DNA of 63,951 bases, counting the filler, from Octopus bimaculoides (taxonomy: Eukaryota): NCBI RefSeq assembly GCF_001194135.2. It is 4 parts of 4 records of this genome, joined end to end, with 100 filler letters (N's around TTAATTAATTAA, not from the genome) between each part and the next. Parts side by side here need not be neighbours in the genome. Positions count along the whole stretch, not along the records: positions 1 to 25,906 come from NC_069001.1; positions 26,007 to 45,706 come from NC_068999.1; 2 more parts are not named here. One strand, given 5' to 3'. Positions 24,297 through 37,269 of the stretch are shown in pieces. Position 1 is the first letter of the stretch. Each line of letters starts with the position of its first letter. The translations under genes were made by a program, and so were the position numbers. The notes beneath the pieces were generated by a model that worked only from the letters and a program-made list of their open reading frames with translations, made no database searches and was not told the DNA's origin.

Positions 24297-24343
24297 CACG
24301 ATTTATTCGTGAACAGAGGCGTTCGTAAACCGAGGTGCTACTG
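24215..24343. mobile_element. Fold-back MITE with pogo/Tigger-like CAGTA termini and (TA)n centre
   Basis: TA flanks; ~48-bp inverted arms gtttacgaacgcctctg..cacgaataaatcgtgcttt / aaagcacgatttattcgtg..cagaggcgttcgtaaac. Confidence 0.8.
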
Positions 24344-24831
24344 TATTACTTTCATTATCATTTAAAAAGTGTATTAATATTATTATTATTATTAGTTTAT
24401 ATTTATATTATTTCGTAGAAGACACACAAATATTTATGTGTATGTCAGTGCGTTAACTATTGTGTGTGTATAAACGAAATACCTAAAAAAAAAAAGATGC
24501 TGAGAGTTATCTCCCTTACAAACAAATCGCTAACCGTGTTTATTATACTCTCACAGAAACACACCCATCTCCCCGTCAAGTTTGCTACTTTCCTATTAAA
24601 CAACGAAACCTTTTTCCACGGGTTCATTAGATTCTCAATCGCAGAGGCTAGACTGGTTTAACATGAAACAATGCTACTGATTTACAGAAACGAGTGAAAT
24701 TCATAAATAAATTGTTTATAATAGAAACACAGCCACCAAAGCAAAAAAATAACTGGGTATAGTTGATGCTACAGTTACGGTTTGTACGAGTTAATGATAT
24801 AACAGAACCAATGCTTTTGTGCGTGTTTACG

Positions 24832-24865
<34 letters not shown>

Positions 24866-24974
24866 CATAAACGGATTTATTCGGCAGATTAAATAACGAT
24901 TTATTTCTTTACTGCATACATATATTTATGTTTTGACTATTGGTTTTAAGCATGCTTGCTTTGGGGTGCCTGTG

Positions 24975-25165
24975 CCAATCATGTGTGTACGTGTGGAGAG
25001 GGAGGGAGAGAGGGAGAGGGAGAGAGAGAGGGAGAATCTGTGTGTACGTATATGTGTATGTAAATGTATATATACACACAACCAATCGTGTGTACGTGTG
25101 GAGAGAGAGAGAGAGGTGGGGGAGGGGAGAATCTGTGTGTATGTAAATGTATATATACACACATA
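24975..25165. repeat. Tandem duplication of a ~105-bp microsatellite-rich unit
   Basis: ccaatc(a/g)tgtgtacgtgtggagag..ggagaatctgtgtgta occurs twice. Confidence 0.8.
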
Positions 25166-25906
25166 CGTACATAAACATATATATAACTATTTCTCTTACA
25201 AGCATCAAAAACACAGTTTAGTGTCAACATACTGTAATCTATTTATCCTCTAATAACATCATACATATTACTTTTCTGTCCTTCTAACATAGCCTACAAT
25301 TCTAACTTTACACACACAATCACTAAAATTTCGTCCTTCCTCTATTTTGAGAATAATCTAACAATAGAAAAGGTGCTAACAACGCAATAACAACGTGTGC
25401 GTTACCATAATATTCTTTTGTTAAAGCAGAGAAACAGAAACGGGTTAGGATTAGAATTGACCATGAGATCAAGAGTCTCCTAAAATGTGTTCGTGTGTGT
25501 TTGTAAGTGTATATCAGTCTCTGTCCCTTCTGAGTATCTGCTACTACTTTGTCTAAAATAAAATCAAGACAAAACAAAAATGAAAAAGGTTTTTTTTTTT
25601 TTTTTTTTTCCAGCGTTCCTGTCGTGCACACGGCCGTCGTCGCCATTTCTCGATGCCTTCTGAATCCAGAGGCAATGTCATAATGGTTCGTTTCGAAAGT
25701 CATTCTCCTATCAATCTCAAAGATGCTCCCAAAACAACTGAGTGGCATTTAACGGCACTGACACAACTTTATTTATCACAAGGAAAAGAACAGTGGTTGA
25801 TGGCAGAATAAATCTGCCTTTTACAGTAGAAGCATGAACTACAACGACTGTCAAATATTAACTTTGTTGAAATTAAAAATAGAAAACTGAAAAAACAAAA
25901 ACAAAA

Positions 25907-26006
25907 NNNNNNNNNNNNNNNNNNNNNNNNNNNNNNNNNNNNNNNNNNNNTTAATTAATTAANNNNNNNNNNNNNNNNNNNNNNNNNNNNNNNNNNNNNN
26001 NNNNNN
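25907..26006. other. Artificial scaffold linker (44 N + TTAATTAATTAA + 44 N)
   Basis: Identical 100-bp structure at three positions; the 12-mer has stops in all six frames. Confidence 0.95.
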
Positions 26007-26308
26007 TATATATATATATATATATATATGACATTGATATTATATTAAACTGAAGTATGTCCAAATTTGGCCAAATGCTTATTTTTCAATATTGATTGCA
26101 ATAGTCGCTGATTTCGATCGAAATATCGTATCTCGAATCTCCAACTGCTTCAGAAGAGAATTGTCAAAGTGTAGCACCACAGTTTGTCATTTTGCAAATG
26201 TTTTCAAACGTTTAGTAAATCCCACATACGACAATTTTGCAAAAGTATTTCTGACTCAATATATCATACATGCATGGAGTTATAATTTTATGCACCCAAC
26301 AAAGTATC

Positions 26309-26432
26309 ATCGGCAGAAGAGACCGTTAGCATAGGTACTAGGTTTACAAAGAATAAGTCCTGGGGTTTCATTTTGCTCCACTAAAAGCGGTGCTCCATCA
26401 CAGCCACAGTCAAATGACTGAAGCAAGTAAAT
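26309..26432 (+). mobile_element. SINE family B 3' tail
   Basis: cggcagaagagaccg..tactaggtttacaaagaataagtcctgggg..cagtcaaatgactgaagcaagtaa. Confidence 0.8.
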
Positions 26433-26469
26433 GTATATATAGTTCACATTTACAAAAACAAAATGCGGA

Positions 26470-26548
26470 AACAGGTGTATCATCTTGACGCTTGAGAAAA
26501 AACGAAAAAGTCTTTTAAGCTTCGAACCTACGCTCTTCGGCAGAAAGG
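26470..26548 (-). mobile_element. Penelope-like terminal-repeat fragment with a degenerate hammerhead-like motif
   Basis: Minus strand cctttctgccgaagagcgtaggttcgaagcttaaaagac; homologous to the 45985 and 52670 copies. Confidence 0.5.
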
Positions 26549-28119
26549 AATAAAAGGGGAAAAACTGGACAGAGAACGAACAAACGGAGAGAAAAACTTT
26601 ATAGAATTCAACCGTCCAACATAGCGGGATGGCTAGAAAAGAAGAATTTGAATGGACGGGAAATCCTTATGGTGATCACAAAGAATTGAGATTCGCAAGC
26701 ATGTATGTGTATATGAGAATTGTGTGTGTGAGTGTGCATGCCTGAATGGTGGTGAGTGAACTTAACGCGTGTGTGATTTTGTAACGTGTCTTTGTCTTTG
26801 TGTGTTGTGTGTAGCAGTTGATGCGTGCTGTATTAGGTGGTATGCGGACATGAGTATGTTTGTGTCTCTCTTTGACAAAACAGTGTCCAAATATATCATT
26901 TTATGTTTGTGGGCGAACATTAAATTTGTCTATCCATGTTGCATATGTTTATGCGTGTTGAGTCTGTTCTAGTAATCTGTGCTTGTTTAGATGTGGGAGT
27001 GCATATTTTCTGTGTTCAGGTACTATGTGCTTGTGTAGGAGTTGGAATGTGTATGATTGTGTGGGAGTGTGTATGAGGGTGTGTGGTGTGTACTGAGTTA
27101 AACAATATGTGTGGCTGTTGGTATAGCGGTATTTTTGGAAAAACCATTCAAGAATGTGTGTGGATGTATGGTTCCGGTGTTGGGAAGTGGTCGGTGCTAT
27201 TGTGTGTAAAGTAGGAAGGTGGTATTGGAAGGTGTGTGAATGCGTGAGTAATGATGTGTGAGTGATGAGTTGAACAGTGTTTATTGTTGTTTGTATAGTC
27301 GCGCGTGTAGGCGGTAAGTAGATGTGTAGTGAAGTGGGCGCAGTTGAATATGAGAGGTGTATGGGAATCCCTGTGGGGTTTGATGTCAGATGAAGAGAGG
27401 AAGTGAGTTGAGCCCTCACGTGCCAAATGAGCGATGAACGAAGATTAGATCTTGTTCACGACGAAGGTGGGATATCTAGTTATCTATCAATATATATATA
27501 TATTTATATATNNNNNNNNNNNNNNNNNNNNNNNNNNNNNNNNNNNNNNNNNNNNNNNNNNNNNNNNNNNNNNNNNNNNNNNNNNNNNNNNNNNNNNNNN
27601 NNNNNNNNNNNNNNNNNNNNNNNNNNNNNNNNNNNNNNNNNNNNNNNNNNNNNNNNNNNNNNNNNNNNNNNNNNNNNNNNNNNNNNNNNNNNNNNNNNNN
27701 NNNNNNNNNNNNNNNNNNNNNNNNNNNNNNNNNNNNNNNNNNNNNNNNNNNNNNNNNNNNNNNNNNNNNNNNNNNNNNNNNNNNNNNNNNNNNNNNNNNN
27801 NNNNNNNNNNNNNNNNNNNNNNNNNNNNNNNNNNNNNNNNNNNNNNNNNNNNNNNNNNNNNNNNNNNNNNNNNNNNNNNNNNNNNNNNNNNNNNNNNNNN
27901 NNNNNNNNNNNNNNNNNNNNNNNNNNNNNNNNNNNNNNNNNNNNNNNNNNNNNNNNNNNNNNNNNNNNNNNNNNNNNNNNNNNNNNNNNNNNNNNNNNNN
28001 NNNNNNNNNNNNNNNNNNNNNNNNNNNNNNNNNNNNNNNNNNNNNNNNNNNNNNNNNNNNNNNNNNNNNNNNNNNNNNNNNNNNNNNNNNNNNNNNNNNN
28101 NNNNNNNNNNNNNNNNNNN

Positions 28120-28233
28120 CCAGTAACCGGTCTATCAATATGCTAGAAGAAGCTCACTTAAAAAATTGTCAAATAGGGATTCAGTGGAGCAAAAACAGGA
28201 ATTTTTAAAGTATATTGACAGACCGGTTACTGG
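28120..28233. mobile_element. MITE-like element with 22-bp inverted termini
   Basis: ccagtaaccggtctatcaatat / atattgacagaccggttactgg (one mismatch); the left end abuts a gap. Confidence 0.6.
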
Positions 28234-29996
28234 TCAATCTTATATACACAAGTATATATATATATATATATATATATATACAAGCTCTCACCTTATATTC
28301 GTATACTGATGTTACGGCATGTACACTCGACGATAAACAAAGTGTTTTAGCAAGCGTCATTTTCCACACGCACTAGTGCCCATTTTTTACCAACTTCTGC
28401 CTCTATACCCTAATGTTACACTTTTTCTGTAGCAATCTCCAGCGAGAATTACGTTCACAAAATTTTCCATTATCACCGTTTTACTACTTACTCAGGATGT
28501 GTGTGTTTATATGTGTGTGTATGTGGGTGCGTGTGTGTGTGTGTGTGTATGCGTGTGTGCCTGTGTTTTTGAATGTGCATATACGTTCATAGTTATTTTG
28601 TTCCTGCTGCATGTATAAAGACTATACAATCCAATGTTGGGCATTACCCGTTAAAGCAATAGCTGTCAACTGAACATATAAAATATAAAACGCTTGGATT
28701 AAATAAACCAAAATACTCTAAGGATTAGAATCAATAAGTTGGTAGAAAAGATAAATAAATTACTAAAAATTATATTATAGTGTATACATAAAAATATTAT
28801 AGTGTATACATAAAAATATAATAATGTATACATAAAAATCGCAGGATACAAGAAAAAGTGACTGGAAACAGTATTAATCATATGGCATGATGTTTTCTTC
28901 AGATTTGCAAACTAAAGAGATACACACATTTAGTCGCATTAGACATGTGTTGCATCTGCGACGGAAATGCCAAATAAAACGCATCACTGTTGAATCTCTT
29001 GTAAGTGAGGGCAGCATCATAACGTTTTGGAGTAAATTTTACAACTATCAGCATATATAATGGTTTGTGTATATATATGGTTCCATACTTCAAGAATCAT
29101 AGTAATAAAATTATTCCAACAATTTGAGAAATATACTTAATATTTAGCATCTAAAATATTTACATGAAGTGTTAAATATACACACATCTATTTGCATAAA
29201 TCTACATAATGTTGACAGCAGCTTTGAGACGGCCATTGTCCATCACGTTTAGTTTCATAGATTTTCGGAATATGTGTTGAATATATCATATGTAAGAAAT
29301 ACTTCTGGCTATAAAGTTTTATGTTTAACTTTTAAATATATTTGAAAACACCGTGCGTCTATTGATGCATATCGATTCATCTGGAAATATTACTAACACA
29401 AAATATATTACCTCGATTCGGAACAATCTGGATTTACAAATGCAAACCGTACTAACATTCTCAGTCTTAATTTAATGTCAATGAGAGGACATGCATATGT
29501 ATATATATGTGTATATATANNNNNNNNNNNNNNNNNNNNNNNNNNNNNNNNNNNNNNNNNNNNNNNNNNNNNNNNNNNNNNNNNNNNNNNNNNNNNNNNN
29601 NNNNNNNNNNNNNNNNNNNNNNNNNNNNNNNNNNNNNNNNNNNNNNNNNNNNNNNNNNNNNNNNNNNNNNNNNNNNNNNNNNNNNNNNNNNNNNNNNNNN
29701 NNNNNNNNNNNNNNNNNNNNNNNNNNNNNNNNNNNNNNNNNNNNNNNNNNNNNNNNNNNNNNNNNNNNNNNNNNNNNNNNNNNNNNNNNNNNNNNNNNNN
29801 NNNNNNNNNNNNNNNNNNNNNNNNNNNNNNNNNNNNNNNNNNNNNNNNNNNNNNNNNNNNNNNNNNNNNNNNNNNNNNNNNNNNNNNNNNNNNNNNNNNN
29901 NNNNNNNNNNNNNNNNNNNNNNNNNNNNNNNNNNNNNNNNNNNNNNNNNNNNNNNNNNNNNNNNNNNNNNNNNNNNNNNNNNNNNNNNNNNNNNNN

Positions 29997-30041
<45 letters not shown>

Positions 30042-30822
30042 GCACAACTACATGTGTGTGCGTGTTTGTGTTTTAGTCGATGTATGTAAAGTTCTCCGAG
30101 TGTAAAAGCCTATGATTTTGTGACATACTTATTTTATGAAAACATACAAAATGTAGTTCGTTTGCAGTGATGAAGGGGTTAAATTATCTGCTGCGGGCGT
30201 TCTTTTTAATACATGAGAGACTTGCCAAAATCAGGTATCGTCTTCATTAAGACAAAGTAAATTATACTATGATATCCGTTCTCACACCTACAATTTACTG
30301 ACACACACCATCATTAGCCTTTCGACTTTCTGCTGTGTAGCTTTCATATTTTACTGTATATTGCAGTATTCATAGATTCCGCCATTTGCTTCATACCGTC
30401 ATTATTTTACACAATGTAATGTCCGTAAAAGAATAGAATTCAACGCATCTTAATATCAAAGTGGACAGATACAATTTACTTCGAGAAAAATCTTACAAGT
30501 TATCAAAACATGTATTCACGAGGTTAATCACGTAGGTTCTCCAGCATAGGTAGAAAAGAAAATGAAGTATGTATATTTTCACACGTGGTTGCCTCCCACA
30601 CACAGATACAGAAATTCACTTCGCACCGAAGTCCTGATATATAAACACAGACAAACCTCAATCTAACTGCAATTATCTTTGTGCTTCCAAAACGTTCGAA
30701 CCCAGTGAGTATTTGTTGCTCAATAACACCTACGCTGTCTGATTTATTTGCGTGTTTTTATATGTTATCACTTAAAACAGATACTGACTAATCGTATAAA
30801 AATGCATATATAAATAAATAAG

Positions 30823-30854
<32 letters not shown>

Positions 30855-32611
30855 NNNNNNNNNNNNNNNNNNNNNNNNNNNNNNNNNNNNNNNNNNNNNN
30901 NNNNNNNNNNNNNNNNNNNNNNNNNNNNNNNNNNNNNNNNNNNNNNNNNNNNNNNNNNNNNNNNNNNNNNNNNNNNNNNNNNNNNNNNNNNNNNNNNNNN
31001 NNNNNNNNNNNNNNNNNNNNNNNNNNNNNNNNNNNNNNNNNNNNNNNNNNNNNNNNNNNNNNNNNNNNNNNNNNNNNNNNNNNNNNNNNNNNNNNNNNNN
31101 NNNNNNNNNNNNNNNNNNNNNNNNNNNNNNNNNNNNNNNNNNNNNNNNNNNNNNNNNNNNNNNNNNNNNNNNNNNNNNNNNNNNNNNNNNNNNNNNNNNN
31201 NNNNNNNNNNNNNNNNNNNNNNNNNNNNNNNNNNNNNNNNNNNNNNNNNNNNNNNNNNNNNNNNNNNNNNNNNNNNNNNNNNNNNNNNNNNNNNNNNNNN
31301 NNNNNNNNNNNNNNNNNNNNNNNNNNNNNNNNNNNATATATTTATATTCATACATGTAAATATGTATGTGTGTGCTTGGGGTCGTGTTGTCCTATCACAA
31401 TTTGTCAGTCTGTGTTTCAGCATATCCAAAGTATAATGGCTAACACCAGTAGAATATGAACGGCAATCAATATATATGTGTGCGAGTGTGAATGCGTATA
31501 TGTAAATGCATATATGTGTGTAGGTATGTATATTTATATATACTCACACATATGTGTATGTTTCAGTATTTACACAAATGCGTGTGTTACCAGTCTAACT
31601 ATACTTTCTCATCTGCAACCGTTAAAAATGCCATTCCAAACAGCTAATGATTGCTGATGCCCTGCAACATATAAATTGCCTTCGAACACTACCGTAAGCA
31701 CATTGTGTTAACTTGGAAGTTGCTGTTTGTTTTGAAACGAGCAGTTGTTTATTTTGCTTTGTTTTCTCTTGGTGTTTCGCATACGCAATGGTTTTCTTAA
31801 AGCATATAATTGGCAGAAGATAACAGCTGTCAAATAATCACTTTTTAGAAAACATTCCATCAGCAACTTCATTACTTCGTTCATATAGTGCACCAAAGCT
31901 CGTTATTATCTTGCTTTAAACAACAATGGTTTTGAGTGGATATAAATGATTTGAAGAAGTAAATTGAGAGAAGGAGAGAAAATAAAACATCAATAGCAAT
32001 CGACGAAGTAAAGAGGAGTACATAGTTTAAATGCGAATAACAATATGAAGCAGCAAAAAAGAGAAGGTAAATAAATATGACGTAAATTACAGCAGGCTGT
32101 TCAATGTATGCTGCATACCTGAATAAATTTACAAAGATACTGTAGAAAGCTTAGAGTCAATGGTATGTATAGTGGCAATGAATAATTTCAGTCTTCAGTG
32201 TCATTAACGTGATGTGATAAATATTAGTGAGAATTTACGATGAGAAAAAATGCTGATTATATATAGGATATTAAACAAAAAATTTTCAAAGCAGAAATTC
32301 GTTAATCCTACCTGGAGATTTCATTGAGAAGTATCTAAATAATATAATCGAATCCAAATATGTCAACTCGATATTGCTGTCTTGTTGCTATAGGCTTTTC
32401 TCTATATTAATATCGTGACATGATAAATTACGATGCTCTGTTTGCAGGTCGATAGAAAATCCATTGTTACAATGGATAAACGTTTTGCAAAACATTACAT
32501 TGTGTTCTACAATTTCAGGTCAGAATATACCATGATGCCAAAATATTGGTTTCAAATTTTTGTACAAAGCCAGCAATTTCAGGAGAGAGTAAGTCAATTG
32601 CATCGAATTCA

Positions 32612-32748
32612 GAGCTAAACTGGTACTTATTTTATCTACTCCGAGATGACAAAAAGCAAAGTAATGTTTGTGGGAATTAAACCTAACAACGTAAAGTCGA
32701 GCAAAATGCGACTAAGCGTGCTAACGTTTCTGCTTTCACACCGCCTTA
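32612..32748 (-). mobile_element. SINE family A, old degenerate copy
   Basis: actggtacttattttatc..aaagcaaagt..aagcgtgctaacgtttctgc. Confidence 0.65.
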
Positions 32749-33240
32749 AAAATGTCGATATATTATAAACTTTATCTAACTTTACTACTCTCCTTCTTAA
32801 AGAACCGCAGCATAATTCATAAAATATTCATTACTTAAGTTTATAGGCCTGTACTTTAAATATTGTATAAAAACATATTACCTTCGAGATCAAAGTAATC
32901 ACATCACTTTCAGACAATATGGCCTATTCCACTGGTAGCGTACAACATGGTAGCATGTTAGCTGTCAGGAAATACCGAAATTTTGGACCTGCAACATAGC
33001 ACAGATTTTCTTTCATCATTACCGTACGCGCCTTAACAGAATTTAGAAAGTAAAATATATTAAAGACATCGAGGAAATATTTCATTTATAGTAAGGTAGT
33101 GATATGTAGGTGGAAATTAAACATATGCCAACCAAAAGCATCTTAATGTCACGCCTTTCCTCATCACAATTTCATAGATTCTTTCCTTTTCCTTGTGGTT
33201 AATATACACGTTTATACAATAATATCACACACACACATAC

Positions 33241-33600
33241 ACTAGCTATGCATCTCGTCGTTGCGGGGCAATTTTCACAATACAATTTCTTTATTGAAAT
33301 TCTTTCCATTTCCATATCTGGCCTTGTCTGTTCTCAAGGAATAGGCTCTTTGATCAGTACAGATATCATATATTATGCGGCAAGTTTAACGTCTCGATAA
33401 ACGAATTTTTTTGCGTCTCCAATTGGTGCATCGATTTAGATATTTGTCTTACTTCGCACTTTGATCATCCTGTGTGAATCTGTCTACTAAGGAAGCGTTG
33501 TCGTTCAAGGTGTAAACGGGCAACCGAAAAGGTTTGTCCTTGTTATGTGTTGATGATCATGATATATTTATGACTCAATAGAAGTTGAAGTAGTGTGGAC
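33241..33600 (-). mobile_element. Helitron 3' end with decayed helicase C-terminus
   Basis: Minus translation MIINT*QGQTFSVARLHLE..KN(fs)VYRDV resembles Helitron RepHel MTINKSQGQTLSVAGLHLE..KNIVYREV, followed by a GC-rich subterminal segment and CTAG|T. Confidence 0.8.
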
Positions 33601-34325
33601 TGAAATCGTTTCATGAACCTGTGTGACAGAGAGAGACACTTTGCGCTTATCATCTAATCGATGCACTGTGTGCTCGGATATCCCCTGGCACCGTGCAACA
33701 GAGGCTTTGTTCCCGTACCATGAAGTGTATTCTTTATCTTTGGATATCTCCGGGGTTCGTTGATGATGCTTTATTAGGGCTTTTATACTGTATGGCCCTC
33801 ATAAAATTATTAACTGACATGCATACACACACAGAGGCAAACACACCCATATACAAACATACACACACTCAGCGTGACAGATGTATAAATACTAAAGATG
33901 GAGTAAGAGGGTATAGCAAATATAGGTAGTGAGGGGTAAAATATACAATGAAAAGAGCATAAACGATAGAGGGTGATAGATTAATAGAGAAAGGTACGTA
34001 GAAGAGCTCGTTCCCCATAAAAAGTGGCATACTATCACATATACAAACGTGCAAACAATTAGATGACCATGTGAGTGGAATGACTTATAAACACATTCAA
34101 TGTTGTTGATATAGGGGTAGGGTTATTTCTCGTCAAGCGTTAAACTTCTGTTATTGCTAGCAACCAGAAACCTTCTCCTTGGGCCCAGTTTATGAAAATC
34201 AAATCGAAACCGTTTCTCTTTACAACGTGGTGTTTCAACGAAATATTTCAGTGACATTCACATATACGTAGACGCATATACTTTCATTTAGGCATACATA
34301 CATACATACACATATAAATAAATAA

Positions 34326-34356
<31 letters not shown>

Positions 34357-35944
34357 NNNNNNNNNNNNNNNNNNNNNNNNNNNNNNNNNNNNNNNNNNNN
34401 NNNNNNNNNNNNNNNNNNNNNNNNNNNNNNNNNNNNNNNNNNNNNNNNNNNNNNNNNNNNNNNNNNNNNNNNNNNNNNNNNNNNNNNNNNNNNNNNNNNN
34501 NNNNNNNNNNNNNNNNNNNNNNNNNNNNNNNNNNNNNNNNNNNNNNNNNNNNNNNNNNNNNNNNNNNNNNNNNNNNNNNNNNNNNNNNNNNNNNNNNNNN
34601 NNNNNNNNNNNNNNNNNNNNNNNNNNNNNNNNNNNNNNNNNNNNNNATACATATATATACATCCATGCATGTATGAATGTATGTATAAATACATTATTTG
34701 CGTGCATTAAGACACGATACATTTTGGATTATAATATTTAATCTACATTAACTATCAATGATATTTCTTTAAAATAATAGTTTGAAAACTTGAATATGAA
34801 TGTAGAATATGAAGTATGAAATGTATAATATGAAATAAATCTTAACATTACACAAAAGTATCACACGAAATATCCAACGATAAGTACCTAGACAAAATAG
34901 TCAACTACTTTCAGCTCTGTAGATATCAGAGTATATCACATTTCGTAGGCAAATAAAATTCAATAGTTTGTTGATTTTTCCTCTGAATAGTAGTTTAAAC
35001 TTAAAAACCAACGCCATATTTTCTATGCCCGAATCTAATTCTATTTTCAGTTTGCACCTTTTCTTTGTTACTCGTTTTCATTGTAGGTTAATAATTTTTC
35101 AGGCCACTAAATATTTTCGTTTCCAAATTTCTTTGTATAAAAGATATAAAAGATCAAATGCACAAGAACATTCTTCGTGTTTCTCAGAAGTTCGTTTATA
35201 GGAAGAACTATTTCAAATTTATCGATCTCTTGCTTACATCACATCTATTGATAGTATTTGCTAAAATGGGGCAGAAAAGAGTAATATGAAAATATATGAA
35301 ATCAATCGATAAATAAGGAAGGATGGATTTTGATGTGAATAAAAAGGGCATGATGGAAGTATTCGAGAAGAGATTATTGGATATGTAAGGCTGAAAGGAG
35401 TTTCCTACATGAAAGCGCTAAGAAGTTAATATAAATCAGTTAGTAGCTAAATAACAGAAGGATATGAACGAAGACATTTCTACTTTCTTTGAGATACTGT
35501 ATTGCCGTTGTTACCTGGTCTTAAATAAAAGTGTTTCGCAGTGAGTAGATCATTTCTTTGGTCTCACTGAGAAATGGCCTTATTGCATGATTTGTATCTA
35601 TTCAATTAGAAGCACGCATATCTTTAACTATAGAGCAGATTGACATAGAAACCTCTGCGTTATTGACACTCGGGGTGACATGGTTGTTAGATGTCACTAC
35701 ACAAGAAAGCTGATACCTCTGACAGATACTAAAGTGGTAAACATGCTGTGCTTCACCTAGTAAACAAACTATACGCATTGATTATGTAGAATAGGATTTT
35801 TAAAAATCGGATTCCTCGATTATGTTTATCTGTTTATCTAGCACATGTGTAATGGATTTCCGTCTGATTCGACGAAACTATTTGCAAGTTTTCTAAAGAC
35901 AAGAAAGAAGAATATAGATGGCCTACTGAAAAATGCATCATTAG

Positions 35945-35951
35945 TATATCG

Positions 35952-36045
<94 letters not shown>
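35945..36045. repeat. (TTA)n-(GTA)n microsatellite
   Basis: Direct inspection. Confidence 0.95.
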
Positions 36046-36260
36046 AAGTGGTGAGCTAGCAGAACCGCTAGCAGGCTGGACGAAATATTTAGCGGCATTT
36101 CGCTCGTCGCTCCGTTGTGAGTTCAAATTCCGCCGAAGTCGCCATTGCCTTTTATCGTTTCACGGACGATAAATTAAGTACCAGTTGAACACTTAGGTCG
36201 AAGTATTCAACTCATCCCCCACCTCCGCGAAGCTGCTCTTGTGGCAAAAATTTGAATAAT
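36045..36260 (+). mobile_element. SINE family A monomer
   Basis: ggtgagctagcagaa head, gagttcaaattccgccgaag B-box, gataaattaagtaccag. Confidence 0.8.
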
Positions 36261-36299
36261 AATAATTATAATTACTGCTGTCTTTGTTATTGTTGTGGT

Positions 36300-36655
36300 G
36301 GTCTCATATGATAAACGGTGCATGACCTCGCAGGTGGGGGACCAGTTAAATTTCTCTTCGGGTCGAGTAGCCCATCCTTCTCAAAAGGTCCCTGAAAATG
36401 GGTTGTTTAAGCATTATGAAGAAAAAAACAACCATGTTTGCAAAGGATGATGCCTCTCTACTACTTCTGCGCTACTAAGTGGCATGCTCAACTGGTTAAG
36501 GTCCAGCAACTGACAAGCAAATCTGTGGTATTGAGCAGAATATTTGCTGCAGCCCATTTTTATATCAAGACAAAACAATGTACATGTTAATACTTTCCAA
36601 TCAGTGAAAATCAGAAGACATGAGAGCCACTGCCTGGTACTACATCAGGGCATTT
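36300..36655. mobile_element. Probable interspersed repeat fragments (SINE-like)
   Basis: Resembles octopus repeats from memory; single copy in this window. Confidence 0.35.
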
Positions 36656-36714
36656 ATTATTATTGTTGTTGTTGTTCCTATACACTCAACAGATTAGACT
36701 GTTGGAAAAGAAAA

Positions 36715-36945
36715 TAATCCTAACATCGGGTTACACGTTCCTGAGTATCATATATCCCCAATAACACTGTTTTCAGCAGCTGTAATAAACTGGAGTTTGT
36801 GACTATTTCCTCTATCCATCTTGAGGCAAATTTCTACTGCATCAGCTGCTACATCTCCGATTACTGGGGTGTGTACAGCATTGTGTGTTCTTTTCTGCTG
36901 AGGGCAGTATGCGAACTCTTCCTAGTACTGCATTGTGTTAGCCTT
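36715..36945 (-). mobile_element. R4/Dong-type LINE 3' end, remnant 3
   Basis: Minus translation ..HTPVIG..RWIEEIVTNSSLLQLLKTVLLG..RC* resembles the RLE-LINE C-terminus (PVVIGALG..LQKTVLLGTARILR). Confidence 0.55.
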
Positions 36946-37240
36946 TTTTTTTCTTGTGGTGCGGTACAGTCATTTGATGTTTTACTGCTTGTGGTACGTG
37001 TTGAATGAGTAATTCTTTGGTTTTCTAGCTTGCTGGTGAATGCTATGTAGACTGTGTCTTGTATTTCGTGGGTTGTTTTCTTTAGGTTGCATTATTGGAT
37101 TGATAGTGCCTTGCGTAGGATATGGCCTGTTCCTAGCAGGGCTATGTTTGGACAGGGTATAATGATGAACATTCAAATATAGCATTTACCTTTTTTTATA
37201 TGATTTGTTTACTACGCCCAATACGCCAATTATCATTGTT
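36945..37240 (-). mobile_element. R4/Dong-type LINE 3' end, remnant 2
   Basis: Minus translation WGLKIISITMIIGVLGVV..(fs)QNIALLGTGHILRKALSIQ*, then a 3' UTR. Confidence 0.7.
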
Positions 37241-37269
37241 ATTGATATTATTTTCAAACCCCAGTTTAT

